From NCBI GenBank assembly GCA_021827865.1, contig JAKAUC010000007.1, positions 10,981 to 74,980 of the forward strand: 64,000 nucleotides of DNA. Reading direction: 5' to 3'. Under the pieces are notes generated by a model. The model was given only the letters and a program-made list of their open reading frames with translations, did not search any database and was not told the DNA's origin. A program made the position numbers and the translations under genes. Below, piece by piece: positions 25,041 through 32,054 of the stretch. Each line of letters begins with the position of its first letter. Positions within the stretch are counted from its first letter, which is position 1. This stretch comes from an archaeon. GTDB lineage: Archaea > Thermoproteota > Nitrososphaeria > Nitrososphaerales > Gagatemarchaeaceae.

Positions 25041-25724
25041 CTACGCTATCAGCGGGAGGACCTGGCTCCCCACGAAGTTCTTGAACTCCGACAGCTCCAT
25101 CTTGCTGAACCCCGTCAGGATGCAGTTCCTCGTGAGCCCGAACACGTAGCCGTACTCCCTGCTCTTGAAGACGATGTACCACAGCTTCCCATGAGTAAGG
25201 TAGTCGGTGTAGAGGCTCGTGTTGCCCAGTTCAGCGCCATAGAGGGACAGCTTGGTGATGTTAGGCAGGTCGACGTCCGAATAGAATATCACCTTGGTGT
25301 CGTCGAAGTTCGCCTCATGGAACTTCCGTAAGGTCTCCGGGTCGATCCTGGCCTCGACCACCTGACCAAGGCTCATGAACACCGCCTTGCTCATCTCGTT
25401 CGCTATGTTGTTAGCTCGGTTTTTCTTGTCGTAGACAGTGAGGAACATCCTATCCTTGTACATTCCGAAGGAGAAAGGCGCTTCATAGGTCCTGGGGACC
25501 GGGACCGACTCGCCCCTGTGGGGGACCACGAAGACGGAGTCAAATGAGAACTTCCCCTCGAGTGACCCCTTGCCGACCCCCAGGTCTGTTATCTCTGACA
25601 CGAGCTTGAACTCCTTCCCCTCTACGCTCGTCTCCGTCTCTATCCTGAACGACTTCAACTTCTCCGCGAGGGTGTCGATCTCGTAGTTCTCCCTCACGAG
25701 GAAGACCTTGCCTGCTAGCACCAA
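25041..25724 (-). CDS. Hypothetical protein (227 aa) embedded between Lhr and MPE; no motif recognised
   Basis: Clean ORF. It lies 36 nt downstream of the Lhr stop and its stop abuts the MPE start. Confidence 0.6.
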   Translation of the reverse strand: MVLAGKVFLVRENYEIDTLAEKLKSFRIETETSVEGKEFKLVSEITDLGVGKGSLEGKFSFDSVFVVPHRGESVPVPRTYEAPFSFGMYKDRMFLTVYDKKNRANNIANEMSKAVFMSLGQVVEARIDPETLRKFHEANFDDTKVIFYSDVDLPNITKLSLYGAELGNTSLYTDYLTHGKLWYIVFKSREYGYVFGLTRNCILTGFSKMELSEFKNFVGSQVLPLIA

Positions 25725-25760
25725 CCCGTCCTGACCTCCACGAATCCTGTTATTGGGCTT

Positions 25761-28700
25761 TCAGCTCCCCCAGTACTGCCTGGTCGTGACGAACCGAATC
25801 TTAGCTTCGAGCAGGTCCCTGTAGAACGCCTCCTCGTCATCATGCATCTCGGCTAGGATCCTGGACGCGGTCTGCGGGCCGATGCCATAGACGGTCTGGG
25901 CGACGACCGCCTTCCTTCCGTACGACAGGACCAGGTCGGCCCCCCGCCTGGCCCGCGAAAGCTCAGAGCGCTCCTCTTCGTTCAGCTGGGTCCTGGCCTC
26001 TCTCTTCTTGATCAGTTCGGAGAGCTTGGCCGTCCCACAGTAACATGGAGCCAGGAGCCCTGACCCGCAGCTTCCGCACCGGGGCTCCTCAGGAACTTCG
26101 CCCACTGTGGTCTGGCCTTGGTCCGAGCCACACTTCACGCAAAGGAGGCTCACCTCGGTCCCGAATATGGTCGCCTTCAGCCTCTGGTAGGACGACTTCC
26201 CCAGTGAGTCGGGGGCAACGGCCTCGGGAACCTCGAGGTACCGATAGAGGAGACTGTAGGCGATGGGGGTGGGCCTCTCACCCGCTTGGAAGGTCTCAAC
26301 CGCTATCTTGCCGCCGGCCACCGCCATGAGAATCTCCTTCGAGTGACCCATGTCAATCAGGTCCCTCCCGGTCTCCTGCAGGGCCTCCTCGAAGATGGGG
26401 GTCTTTTCGAAGCGGGTAGGGAGGGAGCAGAGGTTGGGGTGGGCAATCAATTTGCCCCGCTTCAGCGCTCCGAACCTCTCGGCCACGAACTTCACTCGAG
26501 CAGGGAAGGGGAAGTTCCTCTGGGCGGCGACCGCATAGGTCCTCTCGAGCTCCTCGGGGGTCAGGCGCATCAGCTCCGTGGCAATCGCCTCAAGGTCCAG
26601 CTCCCCAGTCTCCGTGGTGAGCTCCATCAGAAGCCTGTATCCGTCGAGCCACCAGACTCTCACCAGTCCCCGCCTAGACAGGATCTCTTCGAACACATAG
26701 GCGAACGTCCTGTTGACCGACTCCCCGAAGCAGAGATGGACGATCAGGTACCGGCCGAAACCTTCGAAGAGGACCAGCCTATCCGATGGGACCGACGCTC
26801 CCATCTTCTTCTGCTCGGCGATCTGGTCCACAACGAGGGCCCGCGCAGCCGTGTCCCCGGGGATGTGCCCCTCGACCCTCTCGACCGCGTCTTGACCCGC
26901 GTCCAGCGCGTCTGAGACCTCCCTTCTCAGGCTGCCGGTCTCCACGGCGAGCTCGTATGGAATCGGCAGCATCTCGCCGTCCCACCCGGGGACGGCGGCG
27001 AGCGGGTCTTCAACGGGGGTCACATAGATCTTCCTGTCCTCGGCTATCTGTTCCACCTGCCACACCCGCCCCTTGATCACGAAGTGTATGCCGACCTTCG
27101 CCTTCAGAAGGACGAACTCCTCGCCCAGTATGCCCACGGTCTGGTTGGTGGACACGTCCACGACAAGGTATCTGGTCTCGTCGGGGATCATCGACAGGTT
27201 CTCGTAGTAGTACTCCCTAGTCAGTCTGGTCCTGGACAGCGTCGTGCCGTCGAATCTGAGCTTCCGGAGCTCTGCGAGATAGCCCACGGTTCTGAGGAAT
27301 GCGTCGTCTTGGAGGCCCTCGAACGGGGCTGCTTTCCTCACCTCCGCCAGCATCCTACTTGCCTCCATCGTCTCGAAGTCCATGAGGTACCCTGCGACCT
27401 GGTGGGCAAGCACGTCCAGGGAGTTCGAGTATGGCCTGGTGGGCTCGATCCTCTTCTGGGCGGCCGAGCGGATGCTGGCGGTGGACTCCATGATGTCATC
27501 CGCCGAGACCGTGACGAGGACGCCCTTGGAGACCCTCCCGAGCCTGTGGCCGCTCCTGCCGACGCGCTGCACGAGGCTTGTGACCTGCCTTGGTGACATG
27601 TACTGGACCACCAGGTCCACAGACCCCACATCGATGCCCAGCTCCAGGGTGCTGGTGCAGACCAGAGCCTTCAGCTCTCCGGCCTTGAACGCCTGCTCCA
27701 CCCGCTCTCGCTCCTCCCTGGGCAGCGACCCGTGATGGACCCCGACGTCCTTCCTGAGCCTGGCCAGCTTCTCTCCAAGCATCTCGGCGAGGGTCCTGCT
27801 GTTGACGAAGATGAGGGTCGAAGTGTGGCCGTCGATCAGGGCGTTGATCCGGGTGAGCCTGGCCGCCAGGTCGGGCGCCGAGTATGTCTCCTTGGCGGCT
27901 GACTGGCTCGCTGGGTCGGGGACCGGGTACTCGATGGCGAAGGCGAATTCCTTGGGCGCATCAGCCTTCACGATCTTAACGCTCCGGTTTCCGAAGAGGA
28001 ATTTGGCCGCCACCGCTGGAGTCCCGACGGTGGCGGAGAGCGCGACCAGCTGGAAGTCGGGAGCCACCTTCCGGAGCCGCTCCAGCCCTACGCAGAGCTG
28101 CACCCCTCGCTTGCTCTCTACCAGGTTGTGGAGCTCATCCACTACCACTGCCTTCAGGTGCGACAAGTTGTCCCTCATCCTCCGGCCCGGGAGTATCGCC
28201 TGCAATGTCTCCGGGGTGGTTACCAAGACGTCAGGGGGGTGCGTCGACTGCTTCGACCTCTGGGACTGGGGGGTGTCCCCATGCCTGACGTCGACCGTGA
28301 GCCCTAGCCTGGCGCACCAGGCTTGTAACCGCTTCAGCATGTCGCGGTTCAGGGCTCGCATGGGGGTGATGTACAGCAGCGAAATCCCGTCCCCGTGACC
28401 TTCAGACAACAGCCTGCTCAGCAGCGGAAGCATTGCGGCTTCGGTCTTCCCGGAACCTGTGGGGGCTACCACGAGGACGTCTCCCCCTCGAGAGACGAGG
28501 GGCCATGCCTCGATCTGGGGGGGCGTGGGCTCAACCATCCCCGTGTCTGCCAGGAACCCCCTCACGGCTGGAGCGAGAGCTTCGAACGCGGTCCGAGCAG
28601 ACAACAACGGTGAGAGGACCGCCACCCGATTTAAGGTGTCACGAGAGAGGGGTCGGTGAAACTGTATTCCGGCCTCCCGGGGGGCAATGTCTAAAAGCGC

Positions 28701-28769
28701 CCGGGGCCCGCGCAGGCTCGAAGCTTGTCCCGAGGCGTCAGAGAGGTCTCCCAGGAGAGGCCGTCTCAT
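25761..28769 (-). CDS. lhr: Lhr-type DExH helicase (Lhr-core + DEAD-associated domain) with a C-terminal Zn ribbon and HhH
   Basis: APTGSGKTEAAMLP, VVVDELHNL, SATVG, HHGSL, QRVGRSGHR, DVLAHQVAGYL, CVKCGS...CGSCGS, YGIGPQTASRIL. The true start is probably downstream of 28769, for example the GTG near 28625, because the first 45-50 codons overlap the divergent gene. Confidence 0.85.
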   Translation of the reverse strand: MRRPLLGDLSDASGQASSLRGPRALLDIAPREAGIQFHRPLSRDTLNRVAVLSPLLSARTAFEALAPAVRGFLADTGMVEPTPPQIEAWPLVSRGGDVLVVAPTGSGKTEAAMLPLLSRLLSEGHGDGISLLYITPMRALNRDMLKRLQAWCARLGLTVDVRHGDTPQSQRSKQSTHPPDVLVTTPETLQAILPGRRMRDNLSHLKAVVVDELHNLVESKRGVQLCVGLERLRKVAPDFQLVALSATVGTPAVAAKFLFGNRSVKIVKADAPKEFAFAIEYPVPDPASQSAAKETYSAPDLAARLTRINALIDGHTSTLIFVNSRTLAEMLGEKLARLRKDVGVHHGSLPREERERVEQAFKAGELKALVCTSTLELGIDVGSVDLVVQYMSPRQVTSLVQRVGRSGHRLGRVSKGVLVTVSADDIMESTASIRSAAQKRIEPTRPYSNSLDVLAHQVAGYLMDFETMEASRMLAEVRKAAPFEGLQDDAFLRTVGYLAELRKLRFDGTTLSRTRLTREYYYENLSMIPDETRYLVVDVSTNQTVGILGEEFVLLKAKVGIHFVIKGRVWQVEQIAEDRKIYVTPVEDPLAAVPGWDGEMLPIPYELAVETGSLRREVSDALDAGQDAVERVEGHIPGDTAARALVVDQIAEQKKMGASVPSDRLVLFEGFGRYLIVHLCFGESVNRTFAYVFEEILSRRGLVRVWWLDGYRLLMELTTETGELDLEAIATELMRLTPEELERTYAVAAQRNFPFPARVKFVAERFGALKRGKLIAHPNLCSLPTRFEKTPIFEEALQETGRDLIDMGHSKEILMAVAGGKIAVETFQAGERPTPIAYSLLYRYLEVPEAVAPDSLGKSSYQRLKATIFGTEVSLLCVKCGSDQGQTTVGEVPEEPRCGSCGSGLLAPCYCGTAKLSELIKKREARTQLNEEERSELSRARRGADLVLSYGRKAVVAQTVYGIGPQTASRILAEMHDDEEAFYRDLLEAKIRFVTTRQYWGS

Positions 28770-30731
28770 CTTACCACAGTAAAGGAGATCATCCTGGAGA
28801 ATTTCATGAGTTACGAGTATGCCCGGATACCCCTCCGCGAGGGCTTGAACCTGGTAGTCGGTCCCAACGGGGCCGGCAAGTCCTCGGTCCTCCTCGCCAT
28901 TTCCGTAGCGTTCGGGCAGGCGTACACCGAAAGGTCAAGGAAGCTCTCAGACCTCATCAGGCGCGGTAAAGACATCGCCCGGGTTTCTCTCATCTTCGAC
29001 AACTCCCAGAAGGCGGGGCGGAGGCCGATTCCCTACTCGAAGTCGGACACCTTCATGCTCAGCAGGTACCTGAGGCGCGACGGTTCGTACTGGTTCGAGG
29101 CGGACTACAAGGAGATAGACAAGAGCGAGGTCGTGAGGCTCCTCAGCGAGTTCGGCATCAACCCAGACAACCTGCTCATCATCATGCACCAGGGGATGAT
29201 AGAGGAGCTGGGCGCCGTCACCCCCCAGGAGCGCCTGAGGATGGTCGAAGAGGCGGTCGGGTTCTCCGAGTACAGGCAGAGGATCACGTTGGCCGAGCAG
29301 GAGCTGGGCGGACTGGTGGGAGAGGAGAGCTCCCTCCTCCAACTCATAGACAACGCCAACCAGGCCCTCGAATACTGGAAGCAGGTGTACGACCGCTACC
29401 AGGAGAAGCGGAGGCAAATCGAACACAGAGACCTCCTGACCAAGGAGCTTCTGTGGAGCACTGAGAACAAGCTCAGCAAGGCACTACAGGGCGCCGAGGA
29501 GAAGATTGCTTCGAAGACGAAGGCCCTTGAAGACCTGAAGTCGCAGCAGACCGAGGTCTCTTCCGACGCCGAGCAGACCCACCAGACGCTCCTGGACAAG
29601 CAGGTGGAACTGCGCAAGCTCTACTATGCCCTCGTGCGGGCGGAGTCGGAGAAGGCGAAGGACGAGTCGGCTCGCGACGCCTACCGGTCGATAAAGGACG
29701 ACCTCTCAGGGCTGTCAACCACGATTGACGAGCTCCTGTCAAAAGGGGGGGACAGGAGCGCGAAGAGGCTCAAGGAGCTCGCCGCGTACATCGAGCAAAA
29801 GAGCCTATCGGCCGAAGAGGATGCCCAGCGCCGCAAGACGGAGCTGGACAGAGAAGTCTCTTCCCTGCAGCCTGACATCACCAAGACCGAGGACCTCATC
29901 AGGCGCGCTACCGACAGCTACGTGTCCTTCAAAGTCAAGGCTGAGGTACTCTCGTACCGCATCAGAGTGACGGAGTCTGACCTCCACGACCTCGAGAGGA
30001 CTGCTAGAGAGTACAAAGCGGAGCTGGACAAACTGGCTCCGGACCTCGAAAGGGCGGGGGGCAGGATGGAGACAGCGCGCCAGCCCTATGAAGTCTCAGA
30101 GGAGCTGAAGCTTGTGTCCGCCCACATCCAAAAGATGCAGGACGTGCCCGACGACGCGGAGAAAATCTACAACGACTACTCTGGCAACATCGAAGAGCTG
30201 AAGGCGAAGCTCGCAATGCTCCAGGAGAACAAGAAGTCCATGCTCTCGGAGCTGGACTCGCGTAAGGGCATCTGGAGGAAAGCCATGGAAGATCTGGTTG
30301 AAACTGTGGATCCATCCTATCAGGCGGTCCTGTCCGCAACGGACGCCAGCGGCTTCATAAAGTTCGAGCAGGCTGACACCATCGAAGACGCCGGCCTCGA
30401 CCTATACGTCGGGTTCAGGGGGGGCGCCCCCACCACCCTCGATCCGTTCACCCAGAGCGGCGGGGAGCGGTCGGTGGCCCTGATGGCTTTCATCCTGTCC
30501 CTCCAGGCGAGGATAGTCTCCCCCCTGAGGGCGATGGACGAGTTCGACATACATATGGACCCCAAGAACAGGGAAGCGATGTTCAAGATGATTCTGTCGC
30601 AGATGAAGCAGAGGGAGGCCTCACAATACATCGTAATCACCCCGTCGATACTGACGGTGTTCGACAGGAGCGCCCACGTCATCACGGTCCAGGCGGTCCA
30701 CGGCTCGTCCGAGGTCAAGGAGCTGAAGTAA
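28725..30731 (+). CDS. SMC-superfamily ATPase, short coiled coil, no hinge or zinc hook; Smc5/6-like head motifs
   Basis: ILENFMSYEY, Walker A GPNGAGKSS, Q-loop IIMHQG, signature QSGGERS, Walker B AMDEFDIHMD, C-terminal QYIVITPSIL. About 330 aa of heptad-rich sequence separates the head halves. Confidence 0.8.
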   Translation: MSRGVREVSQERPSHLTTVKEIILENFMSYEYARIPLREGLNLVVGPNGAGKSSVLLAISVAFGQAYTERSRKLSDLIRRGKDIARVSLIFDNSQKAGRRPIPYSKSDTFMLSRYLRRDGSYWFEADYKEIDKSEVVRLLSEFGINPDNLLIIMHQGMIEELGAVTPQERLRMVEEAVGFSEYRQRITLAEQELGGLVGEESSLLQLIDNANQALEYWKQVYDRYQEKRRQIEHRDLLTKELLWSTENKLSKALQGAEEKIASKTKALEDLKSQQTEVSSDAEQTHQTLLDKQVELRKLYYALVRAESEKAKDESARDAYRSIKDDLSGLSTTIDELLSKGGDRSAKRLKELAAYIEQKSLSAEEDAQRRKTELDREVSSLQPDITKTEDLIRRATDSYVSFKVKAEVLSYRIRVTESDLHDLERTAREYKAELDKLAPDLERAGGRMETARQPYEVSEELKLVSAHIQKMQDVPDDAEKIYNDYSGNIEELKAKLAMLQENKKSMLSELDSRKGIWRKAMEDLVETVDPSYQAVLSATDASGFIKFEQADTIEDAGLDLYVGFRGGAPTTLDPFTQSGGERSVALMAFILSLQARIVSPLRAMDEFDIHMDPKNREAMFKMILSQMKQREASQYIVITPSILTVFDRSAHVITVQAVHGSSEVKELK

Positions 30732-30735
30732 CTTC

Positions 30736-31494
30736 TTGGAACAGACCAAGCTCGACGACTACCTCAGGGTGATAGAGCTATGCCGCGACGTCGAGACCAG
30801 CAGCGCGAACCCCTTCGACGTGGACATAAGGGAGAAGATACTGCTGTTGAAGCAGAGGCTCCCGGAGCTCAAGCTCCTGGACGAACTGTTGGTGGACTCG
30901 GAGGCGATGCTCGAGCTGGCGCAGATAGTGAAGCTTCAGGACCAGTGGCTGAAGTCGAGAGCTTCGGCTCTCTTCATCGACCCTCTTCTCATCCAGCTCA
31001 AGGTGAAGCTCCTCTCCAAGGAAGCCCTCACCGAGGCGTTCGTCAGGAGCTGGCACCCGATAGCCCAGGTGGACCAGCTGTCTCCCAGGGGGCTGGAGAA
31101 GGCCTTCGTCTACTGGCGCGAGCTAATCCCGCTCTCTGAGAGGTTCAAAGACCAGTTCGGGAACTACGGAGTCAGGCCGGGGACGGTCGATTACGCCGAC
31201 CTGGTCAGCACCGGCGTCTTCACCAGGGAGGAGTTCGAGGTCGAACTGACCCAGTTGTACGAAGAGCTCCTGAGGGAGTCCAACGGAGACTGGGTCGACT
31301 ACCGCCAGTTCATCGGGGTCGAAAGCTTCGAGATGAAGGTCAGGAGGGCATACCTCCTCGCGTTCCTCATCAGCGAAGGGAGGGCCCTCCTGAAGACCGA
31401 GCCTCTCACGGGAAGAATCTGGACCATGGCCCTGGCCGAGAAGACGAAGGGGACTCCGAAGTCTGTCGCGATATCGATAACGGGCGAGAATTGA
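30736..31494 (+). CDS. Kleisin-like (ScpA-like) subunit
   Basis: N-terminal NPFDVDIREKILLLKQRL...MLELAQIVKLQDQWL and C-terminal winged-helix-like VRRAYLLAFLISEGRALLKTEPLTGRIW resemble the ends of ScpA. Only a 4-nt gap follows the SMC-like gene. Confidence 0.6.
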   Translation: MEQTKLDDYLRVIELCRDVETSSANPFDVDIREKILLLKQRLPELKLLDELLVDSEAMLELAQIVKLQDQWLKSRASALFIDPLLIQLKVKLLSKEALTEAFVRSWHPIAQVDQLSPRGLEKAFVYWRELIPLSERFKDQFGNYGVRPGTVDYADLVSTGVFTREEFEVELTQLYEELLRESNGDWVDYRQFIGVESFEMKVRRAYLLAFLISEGRALLKTEPLTGRIWTMALAEKTKGTPKSVAISITGEN

Positions 31495-32054
31495 TGGAGT
31501 CGGACACCGCTGACAGGGCGCTTCTGGAGAGGAAGGTCAGGCGGGCCTTCCAGGTCTTAGTCCTCCAGCGTGGGCGTAACCCCGGCGTCAAGGGGTGGGA
31601 GATGAAGCGGTACCTGGGGAGGGACTACCGCAAGATCATCGGAGTCCTCTCAGAAGACGTCGCACCCATGGGCCTCGAGGTGTTCGAGGTGAAGGGCGTC
31701 GACGGGACCGACGATTCATCCCGCTTCCTCCTGAGGTTCAAGGAGCCTCCTACCGTCACGGAGGCGGAAACGTCGGGCATCAGGATAGACGACCTGGCTG
31801 TCCTCGCGGCAACCATCGCCTTCGTCAACTCCAAGACCGGCCGTGTCGCCAGGCGCGAGGTCGAGCAGTTCCTCAGGGAGAAGTTCCCCAGGTGGAGGAT
31901 CGACTACTCGCTCGACCGGTACGTGAAGCGCGGCTACCTAGAGCAGGACGAACGGACCATGGTGCACATAGGCTGGAGGACCAGAGCGGAGGTGGACGAG
32001 AAGACTCTCATGACGCTGATACTGTCGCGCGCTCAGGAAGCGGCGAAGAAGTAG
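31491..32054 (+). CDS. Tandem winged-helix kite-like subunit (ScpB / Nse3-MAGE-like)
   Basis: LERKVRRAFQVLVLQRG...GWEMKRYLGRDYRKIIGVLSEDVAPMGLEVFEVKG...SRFLLRF, then a second WH (VARREVEQFLREKFP...YVKRGYLEQDE). Its start overlaps the stop of the kleisin gene (TTGATG). Confidence 0.55.
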   Translation: MMESDTADRALLERKVRRAFQVLVLQRGRNPGVKGWEMKRYLGRDYRKIIGVLSEDVAPMGLEVFEVKGVDGTDDSSRFLLRFKEPPTVTEAETSGIRIDDLAVLAATIAFVNSKTGRVARREVEQFLREKFPRWRIDYSLDRYVKRGYLEQDERTMVHIGWRTRAEVDEKTLMTLILSRAQEAAKK

